Assembly (NCBI GenBank): GCA_963816145.1
Contig: CAWFJP010000011.1
Location: 288,001-352,000 of the forward strand
DNA length: 64,000 nucleotides
Direction of reading: 5' to 3'
DNA from: an uncultured delta proteobacterium
GTDB lineage: Bacteria > Desulfobacterota > Binatia > UBA9968
The notes beneath the pieces were generated by a model. The model worked only from the letters and a program-made list of their open reading frames with translations. It did no database searches and was not told the origin of the DNA. This document shows, in pieces, positions 30,061-39,274 of the stretch. Each line of letters opens with the position of its first letter. The first letter of the stretch is position 1. The position numbers were made by a program, and so were the translations under genes.

Positions 30061-31059
30061 TTGAAGACTTATTCACCACACAGACGCAGAGAACGCAGAG
30101 AATTCGTAATTTTAATTCTCCTCCGCGCCTCTGCGGTGATATTTCCGTGCCTCTTAGCCGTATTCACCCCCCCCCACGACGCATTCGCGCAACTACCTGG
30201 TAAGTGGACAACGCGCGCGCCCATGCCGTCGGCTCGCAGCGAAGTCGGCGCAGCGGAGATCGGCGGCAGGATATACGTCATGGGCGGTTACGTGAAAAAC
30301 GGCAATCTGGTCGAGGAGTACGACCCGGCAACCGATAGTTGGCGCAGCCGTGCGCCATTGCCAAAACCGCTGCATCATATTGGCGCCGCCGCCCTCAACG
30401 GCAAGATCTATGTCATCGGCGGCTATATTTCCGGCGTCGGTCCGGTGGATACCGTTTACGAATACGATCCCGTCAAGGATCAGTGGACGACGAAGAAAGC
30501 AATGCCGACCCCGCGTGGAGCGCTCGCTGTCGGCGTCATCTCCGGCAAGATCTATGCGGTCGGTGGAGTAACGACGAATGGCCGCAATACACCAGCCAAC
30601 GAGTCCTACGATCCGGTTCAAGACTTCTGGAGCAGCAAGCACGCGCGCATGATCACGCCGCGCGATCATCACGCCATTGGCGTCGTCGAAGGCAAACTGT
30701 ACGCCATCGCCGGCCGCGTCAACGGCAATCATGATCGCAGCGTCGGTGATAACGAAGAATATGACCCAGCCAACAACCGCTGGCGCACACGGCCATCGAT
30801 CCCAACCGTGCGCAGCGGTATCGTTGGCGCTGTGCTCGGCGGGCGGATCTTCGTCTTCGGCGGCGAATACGGCCGCCAGACCCACGCCAATGTCGAATCC
30901 TACGATCCCGCCAAAAATAAATGGCAAGCTTGGGCCCCCATGCCCACCGCCCGCCACGGGTTAGGCGCCGCCGTCATCGGCAACTCCATCTACGTCATCT
31001 CCGGCGGCCCCCAGCCCGGCGCGACATTTTCGTCGGTGAATGAAGTGCTGACGCCGTGA
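30061..31059 (+). CDS. secreted Kelch-repeat beta-propeller protein
   Basis: About six repeats of IY..GG / YDP..W / MP.R; N-terminal hydrophobic signal; exact start uncertain. Confidence 0.9.
   Translation: MKTYSPHRRRERREFVILILLRASAVIFPCLLAVFTPPHDAFAQLPGKWTTRAPMPSARSEVGAAEIGGRIYVMGGYVKNGNLVEEYDPATDSWRSRAPLPKPLHHIGAAALNGKIYVIGGYISGVGPVDTVYEYDPVKDQWTTKKAMPTPRGALAVGVISGKIYAVGGVTTNGRNTPANESYDPVQDFWSSKHARMITPRDHHAIGVVEGKLYAIAGRVNGNHDRSVGDNEEYDPANNRWRTRPSIPTVRSGIVGAVLGGRIFVFGGEYGRQTHANVESYDPAKNKWQAWAPMPTARHGLGAAVIGNSIYVISGGPQPGATFSSVNEVLTP
30074..30138. repeat. nonamer-based inverted repeat element within the Kelch gene 5' end
   Basis: CACC..CAGACGCAGAGAACGCAGAG ... CTCCGCGCCTCTGCGGTG. Confidence 0.6.
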
Positions 31060-31071
31060 GACAACTTAACC

Positions 31072-32073
31072 CTAACCCGAAGCGGCGAAAAACTCGGCGA
31101 TTCGCTGCGGCAGCCAACTGAGCGATCCCGGAAATGCTCCTCGAACGAAACCGACATGACCGCCAGAATTTGGGAACTCCAAAGTCACGGAATCGGAAAC
31201 TTCTTCCCGTGTCGGGAGCGCGCCGGCTGGCAGGAACGGATCGTTTTGCGCGTTGAGTAGCAGTGTCGGCACACGAATATGCTTTAGCAACGGTTTGCTG
31301 CTCGCGCGTGTCCAGTAATCGTCGGCGTCTTTGAAGCCATGGATCGGCGCGGTGTAAAGGTCGTCGATCTGACGAAACGTCGAACAGCTACGCACGGCAG
31401 CGCTGTCGATATTCAGCCCATGTGTTGAAATCTTGGCCAGCACTTTTTCCCGTAGCGAGCGCAGGAAACGGTTCGTGTAAATCGCTCTCCGGTAGCCGAA
31501 GTCCAACACCGCCGCGGCAGCGTGCAAATCCACCGGCGCCGACACCGCCATCGCTCGGTTCACCACCGGTACCGCCGCGGCGCCCTGCTCGCCGAGCCAT
31601 TTAAGCAGCATGTTGCCGCCCAACGATGCGCCGGCGACATTGATTTCGCAGTCGGGATTGTCACTCTTTAGCCGGCGCAGGATCCAGTCGATCTCGGCGG
31701 CATCACCGGAATGATAGGCGCGCGCCAGCCGATTAATCTCGCCGCTGCAACCGCGAAAGTGCGGTACCACGCCGCGCCAACCGATTTGCTGCGCCACTGT
31801 CATCAAGCTCAGCGCATAGTGACTACGCGAGCAACCTTCGAGGCCGTGAAACATCACAAGCAGCTTCGCCGCGCCTCCCTGGCGATTCACCCAGTCGAGA
31901 TCGATGAAATCGCCGTCGGGCGTCTCCCAGCGCTGGCGCTCATACCCCACCTTGTAGTTCCGCGCCAGTGAGCGCGCATAAATTGTCTGCAAATTGCCGC
32001 CCGGCAGCCACCAAGGCGGGGTGTAAATAGAATTCACTAATCCGGTTTTCTCGCCCGCGTCAGCGACCTGCAT
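31072..32073 (-). CDS. YheT-family alpha/beta hydrolase
   Basis: PWWLPGGNLQTI, FHGLEG, GASLGGN nucleophile elbow, NDPF and GGHVGF; start 32073 or GTG 32037. Confidence 0.9.
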   Translation of the reverse strand: MQVADAGEKTGLVNSIYTPPWWLPGGNLQTIYARSLARNYKVGYERQRWETPDGDFIDLDWVNRQGGAAKLLVMFHGLEGCSRSHYALSLMTVAQQIGWRGVVPHFRGCSGEINRLARAYHSGDAAEIDWILRRLKSDNPDCEINVAGASLGGNMLLKWLGEQGAAAVPVVNRAMAVSAPVDLHAAAAVLDFGYRRAIYTNRFLRSLREKVLAKISTHGLNIDSAAVRSCSTFRQIDDLYTAPIHGFKDADDYWTRASSKPLLKHIRVPTLLLNAQNDPFLPAGALPTREEVSDSVTLEFPNSGGHVGFVRGAFPGSLSWLPQRIAEFFAASG

Positions 32074-32118
32074 TCGAACGATTTGAACCATTTGAACGGC
32101 TTGAACGTTTTGAACGCG
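32074..32118. repeat. five tandem nonamers T(T/C)GAACnnn
   Basis: TCGAACGAT TTGAACCAT TTGAACGGC TTGAACGTT TTGAACGCG directly after the putA stop. Confidence 0.75.
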
Positions 32119-32119
32119 T

Positions 32120-35050
32120 TCATTTCTTCCGCCGCTCCGGCACGAATCCGTGGCGCGAAGTGTTTTCCGATACTGTCCGCGGTTCGACAAACTGCAAGAG
32201 ATAATCCGGCCCGCCCGCCTTGGAACCTATGCCGGACAGTTTCAAACCACCGAAGGGCTGGCGCTCGACAACGGCGCCGGTGATGCCGCGATTGATATAA
32301 AGATTGCCGACGCGAAAATCCTTGCGCGCTTGTTCGATATGCGCCGGCGAGCGCGAAAAGATGCCGCCGGTCAAGGCGAATTCCGAATCATTAGCGATCG
32401 CCAAGGCGTGATTGAAGTCCTCGGCTTTGAGCACCGACAACACCGGCCCGAAGATTTCTTCCCGCGCCAGCCGGCTCTTCGGATCGACGTCGCGAAAAAT
32501 CGTCGGCCCGATAAAAAATCCGCCCGCCGGCGCAGTCATTTCGAGCACGCACTTGGCTTGCCGCTTGCCGAACTGAATATATTCGGCGATCCGCTCGCGA
32601 GCTTCCGCATCGATCACTGGGCCGATGGCGTTGCCAGGATCTTCCGGTGGGCCGATCTTGAGGCTGCCCACAGCGTCGACCAGCCGGCGCAGAAATCGAT
32701 CATGCACTTCGCTCAGTAGAATAACCCGCGAAGCCGCCGAACACTTCTGCCCTTGGTAACCGAAGGCGGAATCGATGACATGCACCACCGCTTCGTCGAG
32801 ATCGGCATCGTTGTCGACGATCACGCCATTCTTGCCGCCCATCTCGCAGACCACCCGCTTCACATGGGTTTGCCCGGCCCGATGGGTGTAGGCTTCGCGG
32901 AGGATTTCCAGGCCGACCTGGCGCGAACCGGTGAAGGCGATCAAGTGAATCTTGGGCGAGCGGACAAAATGGGCGCCGATGTTACCGCCGCCTTGAAGCA
33001 ATTGACAGGCGCCGTCCGGCAATCCCGCCGATTGAAGAATATTGAGCAGCTGCGCGCCCATGATCGGCGCCTGCTCGGCCGGCTTCATGAGCACACAATT
33101 GCCGGTCGCCAGCGCCGCCGCGGTCATGCCGGTGAGAATCGCCAGGGGAAAGTTCCACGGCGCAATGACCGCGGCCAGACCGCGCGGCTCATAAAAATAT
33201 GTATTGGCCTCGCTCGGCAACTGCTGGGTTTCGCGCGCCGGGGCGAGCCGCAACATTTCGTGCGCATAGTAATCGAGATAGTCGATCGCCTCGCAAACAT
33301 CGGCATCCGCTTCGCGCCAACCCTTGCCGACTTCGAACAGCTCAGTCGCCGCCAGTTGCCAGCGCCGTTGGCGCATGATCTCGGCGGCTTTGAATAGAAT
33401 CTCCGCCCGTTCGGCGGCCGGAGTGGCGCGCCACTCGGGGAAAAAGAGCGCCGCCTTATCGATCGCTTTTTCGGTCTCGGCGATGCTTGCCGGCCGCACC
33501 CGGCCGACCACCTCGCCGGGGTTCGCCGGATTTACCGACTCAAGCCAGCTACCGCTGCTACTGCGGCGCCGTTGCCTCTGCCATTCGCCGCGGACTTCCT
33601 GGAGAGTCGCGGCAAAGCGTTGCCGATTATCTAGCCGTGAAAAATCGATCAGCGCTTGATTGCGAAACCGTTGCCGACCACCCGCTTCGTCATCGGCTTG
33701 AACAGCGGAAATCGCCGATGCCGGCGCTTTGGTCAAACTCTCGACCGCCTTTTTCTCGGCGTAGGTCTGGCGCAGGAAGGAAGTATTAGACGTATTCTCC
33801 ATCAAGCGCCGGATCAGATAAGAGATGCCGGGCAGCAGTTCGCCAACAGGCAAATAAACCCGCACGCGCTGGCCGTTTTGAATGATCGCTTGGCGCACCG
33901 GCTCGGCCATGCCGTAGAGCATCTGCATCTCGTAGCCTTTGACGGGCACGCCGATCTCCTTGGCTGCGACGATGGCATGGGCCAGGCTGCGCAGATTGTG
34001 GCTGCCGAAGGCGGCATCGATGACATCATGGGCTTCGAGCAGCATGCGGCTCAGCCGCTCGTAGTTCGCATCGGTGGCGGCTTTGTCCAGGAAGACCGGG
34101 ATCGGCCAGCTCTTTTGTTTGGCCCAAGCGATCTCGCTATCCCAGTACGCCCCCTTGACCAGGCGCACGCCGACGCGGCGGCGCTGGCCGCGCGCCCAGC
34201 GGATCAATGCGCTGACATCCTGCGCCGAATCTTTCAGGTAAGCTTGCAATGCGATCGCCGCGTCGGGCTGATCGCGGAACTCGTCCTCTGTCAGAACGCC
34301 GCGAAAAATCTCCAGGGTCAGTTCGCGAAAGCCGTTCTGCTCCATGTCGACGGTCACCGCCGCTCCCAATTGCACCGCTTGGCGCAGTAGCTCGCGCAAC
34401 CGCTGGCGCACGACCGCTTCGGTGTTGGGATCCAATGGATCGAAGCGCGCGCATAGGGACGAAAGCTTTACCGATAAATTGACCCGGGGGATTTTGCCCT
34501 TGGGCGAGTCGTCGATTTGTGGACAATCCGGCCACTTGGCGCTCGCCGCGGCGAGCCGGCGCATGAGATCGAGATAGCGCAGCTGCATCGCCGCCGCTTC
34601 GCCATCGCTCAACGTCGCCTCGCCGACGACATCGATGGTAAAGACCGCCGGCTCCTGGCGCAGGCTCGAAAGAACCGAAGGCAAATGGTTGCCGCTCTCC
34701 TCGGCGATAAAGCGGCGCGCCAGCTTGATAACGTTGCGCCGGACAATCGGCGCGACCAGAGTCCCCGCGTGCAATGCCTGCGCAAGAATCGCCAGGCCGC
34801 TCAGCGCATGATCGACCCGGGCAAAGTATTCTTCGAGGTGGCGGCCAATCTCCGAGGAAGATTCCAGGCTCGGCAGGACATCGACGAAACGGAACAGCGC
34901 CACCCGCAGCGACTCATCGTCCAACGACCAGTCGATCATCCGGCCCAACAAATCTTGCGCGTCAAACAGCGCCGGCTTCTGCCGCGCCGCCTTCTGATAC
35001 AGCGCCCGTGCCAGTTTCTGGATTTCTTGTTCTGACGTTACGTTCGCCAT
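32120..35050 (-). CDS. putA: bifunctional proline dehydrogenase / glutamate-semialdehyde dehydrogenase
   Basis: VRLVKGAYWD, SHN and YLIRRLMENT (PRODH); PWNFP, EMGGKN, GQKCSA and EEIFGP (ALDH); start at ATG 35050. Confidence 0.95.
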   Translation of the reverse strand: MANVTSEQEIQKLARALYQKAARQKPALFDAQDLLGRMIDWSLDDESLRVALFRFVDVLPSLESSSEIGRHLEEYFARVDHALSGLAILAQALHAGTLVAPIVRRNVIKLARRFIAEESGNHLPSVLSSLRQEPAVFTIDVVGEATLSDGEAAAMQLRYLDLMRRLAAASAKWPDCPQIDDSPKGKIPRVNLSVKLSSLCARFDPLDPNTEAVVRQRLRELLRQAVQLGAAVTVDMEQNGFRELTLEIFRGVLTEDEFRDQPDAAIALQAYLKDSAQDVSALIRWARGQRRRVGVRLVKGAYWDSEIAWAKQKSWPIPVFLDKAATDANYERLSRMLLEAHDVIDAAFGSHNLRSLAHAIVAAKEIGVPVKGYEMQMLYGMAEPVRQAIIQNGQRVRVYLPVGELLPGISYLIRRLMENTSNTSFLRQTYAEKKAVESLTKAPASAISAVQADDEAGGRQRFRNQALIDFSRLDNRQRFAATLQEVRGEWQRQRRRSSSGSWLESVNPANPGEVVGRVRPASIAETEKAIDKAALFFPEWRATPAAERAEILFKAAEIMRQRRWQLAATELFEVGKGWREADADVCEAIDYLDYYAHEMLRLAPARETQQLPSEANTYFYEPRGLAAVIAPWNFPLAILTGMTAAALATGNCVLMKPAEQAPIMGAQLLNILQSAGLPDGACQLLQGGGNIGAHFVRSPKIHLIAFTGSRQVGLEILREAYTHRAGQTHVKRVVCEMGGKNGVIVDNDADLDEAVVHVIDSAFGYQGQKCSAASRVILLSEVHDRFLRRLVDAVGSLKIGPPEDPGNAIGPVIDAEARERIAEYIQFGKRQAKCVLEMTAPAGGFFIGPTIFRDVDPKSRLAREEIFGPVLSVLKAEDFNHALAIANDSEFALTGGIFSRSPAHIEQARKDFRVGNLYINRGITGAVVERQPFGGLKLSGIGSKAGGPDYLLQFVEPRTVSENTSRHGFVPERRKK

Positions 35051-35103
35051 GATGCGCTTTTCCAAGGTACGGTTCACTACGACAGTCGATTGGCGTCTCA
35101 GAT

Positions 35104-35192
35104 AAATCCCCCTTGTTCCCCCCTTTACAAAACGGGGATAGAGATCCCGACATCGGTTCCCCTCTTTGAAAAAGAGGGGCAAGGGGAGATTT
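35104..35192. repeat. REP/REPIN-like double hairpin element
   Basis: Outer arms AAATCCCCCTTG / CAAGGGGAGATTT enclose two CCCC.CTTT-nnn-AAA.GGGG hairpins. Confidence 0.7.
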
Positions 35193-35306
35193 TCGTCAAA
35201 CAGTAATTGCCAATTCGATTCATTAATATCTTTACCACAATCTCATAGCCAAGCGGCAGTACAAGCGTTGTCACGCCTCCGCGACCCTGTTACGCTGAGC
35301 GCAGCG

Positions 35307-36992
35307 ATGACAACAGATTCAATGACCGGCGCCGAAGCCGCGGTGGAAATGCTCAGGCTGCACGGCGTCGAAATTATTTTCGGCCTGTGCGGCGATACCA
35401 GCTTGCCGTTTTACGACGCCTTGGCGCGTGTGCCGCACGGCATGACCCATATTCTTGCCCGCGACGAACGCTCAGCCGCCTACATGGCGGACGGTTACGC
35501 CCGTGTGTCGGGCAAGGTCGGCGTCTGCGAGGGGCCGAGCGGCGGCGGTGTCACTTACATCATCCCGGGTGTCTCTGAAGCCAACGAATCTTCGGTGCCG
35601 CTCTTGTGCATCAATAGCGACATCTCGGTCGGCGCGCGCGGCCACTACACGCTAACCGAATTGGATCAACGCGCGCTCATGCGGCCGGTGACCAAATGGA
35701 ACACCGTGCTCGATCGCGCCCAAGATCTGCCCGAGGCTTTTCGCGAAGCATTCAGACAAATCACTTCGGGCCGTCCCGGCGCGGCGCATATCGCGCTGCC
35801 CTTCGATGTGCAGAACGATATAGTGGCGCGTGCGGAAATTTACGGTGATCCAAGCTTCGGCAGTTGTCCGGCGGAGCGCAGCGCGCCTACTGCTGATGCA
35901 GTGGCAGCGGCGGCGCGCTTACTTATGCAAGCGCGCAGTCCGGTAATTATCTGCGGCGGCGGAGTTGTGATCTCGCATGCCGAGGCCGAGCTCGTCCAAC
36001 TCGCCGAACGGCTCTCGGCGTCGGTGGCGACAACCATCAGCGGCAAATGTTCCATTGACGAACAACATATGCTCGCCGTCGGCGTAGTCGGCTCCAACGG
36101 CGGCACGTTGGAGACGCGGGCGATTGTCGATCAAGCCGATCTGATTTTTTTCATCGGCTGCCGCGCCGGCTCAGTGACCACCGAACGTTGGCACCATCCA
36201 GCAAAGGGAAGTGGCAAAATAATTCATCTCGACGTCGATCCCGCGGTTCCTGGCACGAATTATCCGGCGGACGCGGCGCTGGTGGGCGACGCCAACCGCG
36301 GGCTGAAAATGTTGAATGACGCGTTGGCGGCCAGTCGCCGCCCCCTCGACGCATCCCATGTGGACGCAGCGAAGGAAATGAAATTCGCCAAATTCCAAGC
36401 GCTGGCGGAGTCCAATGAAACGCCGATCAAACCCGAGCGCGTGGTCGCCGAGTTGACGCGAGCGCTCGACCCGGACGCAATCGTGGTTGCCGACGCCGGC
36501 ACGCCTTGCCCATATCTTTCCGCCTACTATCCGGTGCGCGGCAACGGCAGAAAATTCATTTCCAACCGCGCCCACGGTGCGCTGGGTTACTCGATGGCGG
36601 CCGCCATGGGCGCGCACTTCGCGCAACCGAAAGCCAAATGCGTCGCGGTGATGGGCGACGGCAGCTTCGGCTTTACCTGCGGCGAACTGGAAACCGCCGT
36701 GCGTTATCGGCTGCCGGTTACGTTTATCGTGATCGCCAACGCCAGCTACGGTTGGATCAAAGCCGGCCAGCGTTCAGGCTATGGCCAACGATATTTTTCC
36801 GTGGATTTCGCTGTCACCGATCACGCCGCGGTAGCTTCGGCGTTCGGCGTAAAGAGTTGGCGCGTAACCGACCCGAGCGAATTAGCCAAGGTGTTAAAGG
36901 GAGCGTTGGCGCACGGCGGGCCGAGCTTGGTAGACATCGTCTGCCAGCCGTTGCAAGAAGCCAAAGCGCCGGTGTCGGAGTGGATCGCTTAA
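35307..36992 (+). CDS. thiamine diphosphate-dependent enzyme (acetolactate synthase large subunit-like)
   Basis: RDERSAAYMADGYAR, GRPG.AH and GDGSF..(N) ThDP-binding motif; no regulatory subunit nearby, so probably catabolic. Confidence 0.9.
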   Translation: MTTDSMTGAEAAVEMLRLHGVEIIFGLCGDTSLPFYDALARVPHGMTHILARDERSAAYMADGYARVSGKVGVCEGPSGGGVTYIIPGVSEANESSVPLLCINSDISVGARGHYTLTELDQRALMRPVTKWNTVLDRAQDLPEAFREAFRQITSGRPGAAHIALPFDVQNDIVARAEIYGDPSFGSCPAERSAPTADAVAAAARLLMQARSPVIICGGGVVISHAEAELVQLAERLSASVATTISGKCSIDEQHMLAVGVVGSNGGTLETRAIVDQADLIFFIGCRAGSVTTERWHHPAKGSGKIIHLDVDPAVPGTNYPADAALVGDANRGLKMLNDALAASRRPLDASHVDAAKEMKFAKFQALAESNETPIKPERVVAELTRALDPDAIVVADAGTPCPYLSAYYPVRGNGRKFISNRAHGALGYSMAAAMGAHFAQPKAKCVAVMGDGSFGFTCGELETAVRYRLPVTFIVIANASYGWIKAGQRSGYGQRYFSVDFAVTDHAAVASAFGVKSWRVTDPSELAKVLKGALAHGGPSLVDIVCQPLQEAKAPVSEWIA

Positions 36993-36993
36993 C

Positions 36994-37082
36994 TAGGCTT
37001 GAGGCGTGAGGCGACCGGCAAGAGTAAGAGATCTGGAGGCGAAATTCTTAACTCATGCCGCGTGCCTAAAGCCTCACGCCTA
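36994..37082. repeat. inverted heptamer-repeat element between convergent genes
   Basis: TAGGCTTGAGGCGTGAGGC ... GCCTAAAGCCTCACGCCTA. Confidence 0.7.
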
Positions 37083-37084
37083 TT

Positions 37085-37552
37085 TCAATTCTTCAACCGC
37101 ACCTTAGTCCCAAGACCGGCGCAATCCTCATCGGTCAGCAATCCCGCGGCGCGAATGCCATGGGCGGCGAGTTCCTCGTCCCGTTCTTGCGTGTCGCCGG
37201 TGACACCGACAGCGCCGATCACATCGCCGGCCTTGTCACGGATCAACATGCCGCCGCCTTCGGGAAAAATCTGATCCTCCGAGACCCGGATGAGATATTG
37301 CATAAACAGCGGCCGCTCTTCCGTGCGCATGCGCACGAGCGAGGAGGAACGGCCAAGTGCGAGCGCGGCGTAAGCCTTGCCGTAAGCCATTTCAAAGCGC
37401 ATCATCGCCGAGTCATCTTCTTTCTGAAAAGCTTTTACCTTGGCGCCCGGCTCGACGACAATCACACTCATCGGCCGGCAAGCCAGCTCACGGCCGCGGG
37501 TGAAGATCGCTTCGATGATGCGATTAGCTTGGTCCAGGGTGATCATGCTCAT
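37085..37552 (-). CDS. GlcG/HbpS-family heme-binding protein
   Basis: ITLDQA, MAYGKAYAA, GGMLI...VIGAVGVTG...DEELA pattern. Confidence 0.85.
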   Translation of the reverse strand: MSMITLDQANRIIEAIFTRGRELACRPMSVIVVEPGAKVKAFQKEDDSAMMRFEMAYGKAYAALALGRSSSLVRMRTEERPLFMQYLIRVSEDQIFPEGGGMLIRDKAGDVIGAVGVTGDTQERDEELAAHGIRAAGLLTDEDCAGLGTKVRLKN

Positions 37553-37646
37553 GGGGCCTCCTCGATGATCTCCATGCGGTCCTGAGCGAAAAGATGGGGC
37601 GACCGGCGATCGCTCTTCGCCTGTTATCTTGCAGGAACCATAAACT

Positions 37647-38501
37647 CTAGCGAAACAACACCGCGGCCAGCTCCGACCGATACTTGTCGATCAGCGGATC
37701 GTCCGAGCCCAGCACTTCGAAGATTTGGATCATCGCCTTGCGCGCGCCGTCGTCGTTGAACTTACGGTCGGCCTTGACGACTTCGAGAAATTCCTTGAGC
37801 GCGTCATCGTACTTTTCCACGCCGGCCAGCGCCTGGGCCAATTCAAAGCGCGCTGCGATATTCTTCGGGTCGGCAGCGACCTTCTCTCGCAACGCCGCCT
37901 CGCTTTGCGCACCGCCGGCCTGCAGATTGAGCCGGGCAACCAAGCGGTCGGCTTCCTTGCGCTCATCGGCGACGATCGATATTCGATCGAGATACTCAAA
38001 CGCCGCGGCGTTATCGCCGCCGTTCATCGCCGCGCGGGCCATGCCCAACAACGCCTGGCCGTGATTGGGGTCAGCGGCCAAGATCGCTTCATAGGCGGCT
38101 TTGGCTTCAAGCAATTTTCCCTCGGCCTCAAGGACCATGGCCGCCTGAGCTTCTTTATCGCTCGCCGTCGGCAAAAACTTGGTGAGAAACTCGCGCAGCA
38201 TCGGTTCCGGCAAGGCTCCGGTAAACTCGGAGGCCAAATCGCCATCGCGAAATAATTTCACTGCGGGAATGCCTTGGATGCCGAACATGCCCGCCAAGTT
38301 GGGGTTTTCATCGACATTGAGTTTGGCGAGCACAAAGCCGCCGGCGTATTCGTCGGCCAACTTTTCCAACACCGGCCCGAGCGCTTTGCACGGCCCGCAC
38401 CACTCGGCCCAGAAGTCGACCAACACCGGCACCTCGCTGGAGCGCTCTAGCACCGCCGCTTCAAAATTCTCCTCGTTAACGTCGATCGTCCACTGACTCA
38501 T
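37647..38501 (-). CDS. thioredoxin-TPR chaperedoxin (YbbN/CnoX-like)
   Basis: N-terminal WCGPC thioredoxin plus C-terminal TPR helices ending YRSELAAVLF. Confidence 0.9.
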   Translation of the reverse strand: MSQWTIDVNEENFEAAVLERSSEVPVLVDFWAEWCGPCKALGPVLEKLADEYAGGFVLAKLNVDENPNLAGMFGIQGIPAVKLFRDGDLASEFTGALPEPMLREFLTKFLPTASDKEAQAAMVLEAEGKLLEAKAAYEAILAADPNHGQALLGMARAAMNGGDNAAAFEYLDRISIVADERKEADRLVARLNLQAGGAQSEAALREKVAADPKNIAARFELAQALAGVEKYDDALKEFLEVVKADRKFNDDGARKAMIQIFEVLGSDDPLIDKYRSELAAVLFR

Positions 38502-38521
38502 TTGTGATTCACTCGTTTCGT

Positions 38522-38557
38522 TGGAACGTTTGGAACTGCTGGAACCATTGGAACAAC
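38522..38557. repeat. four tandem nonamers TGGAACnnn
   Basis: TGGAACGTT TGGAACTGC TGGAACCAT TGGAACAAC directly after the CMD-gene stop. Confidence 0.7.
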
Positions 38558-38802
38558 TATTTAGCGGTTACCGCTTTGGCGAGGTTGCGCACCTTGGCTG
38601 CCGCCGGACGCATGGCGTAAACCACCGCTTCGGTGATCTCATCTTCGGTTGCGCCGCACTCGCGCGCCTTGGCCAGATGTAGCTTGGCGCCGTCCTCGTG
38701 ACCGATCGCGATGCAAACGGCGAAAAACACCAGCTGCGCGGTTTTCGGATCGAGCGAACCTTCTTTGTACTTTACATTGAAAAATTCCTTTTCGACAGTC
38801 AT
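38557..38802 (-). CDS. carboxymuconolactone decarboxylase / AhpD-like small protein
   Basis: GSLDPKT..LV, H...AR..GATEDEI.EAV pattern; RBS AGGAG. Confidence 0.8.
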   Translation of the reverse strand: MTVEKEFFNVKYKEGSLDPKTAQLVFFAVCIAIGHEDGAKLHLAKARECGATEDEITEAVVYAMRPAAAKVRNLAKAVTAK

Positions 38803-39274
38803 GTTTTCTCCTTTATCGATTTATGGATTGATGCTCAAGATGAAAGGAGGAGGCTCAAACCCGCCCTAACAGATCCCGATTCTCTACAGTGTCCTCCCCG
38901 CCCTTTGCCGCAATCCGCTTCTTAGCCGAAAACCTACAATACGTCTTATACGCCGCTGGATCGAACGCCAAGCCGTTGAGCAGATATTCGCGCGTGACTT
39001 CGGTCGGCTTACGGATGGTTTGGCTTACCTAATAATCGCCCCCTATATCCTCCGTCAGGCAATTCGCCAAGCCCTCGGTCGCGCTTTATATATTCAGAAT
39101 TATCGGGAGAATCCAACCAGCAAAATTAACGGTTCACTTGGGGTTTGGCAAATTCTTGGGAGTCAGGTTGGGTTCACGGCGGGGCCTCACTGTCGACGCC
39201 GCAACTGTATGTGAAAGCGACCGGCGGCGCTTAAAGTGGTTTATTCTTTTATTTTCCCGGCAAATCTGCTTTAC

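Noticed and set aside
32074-32118. CRISPR array (also considered for the other short repeats)
   Set aside because: Units are 7-9 bp tandem repeats with no unique spacers and there are no cas genes
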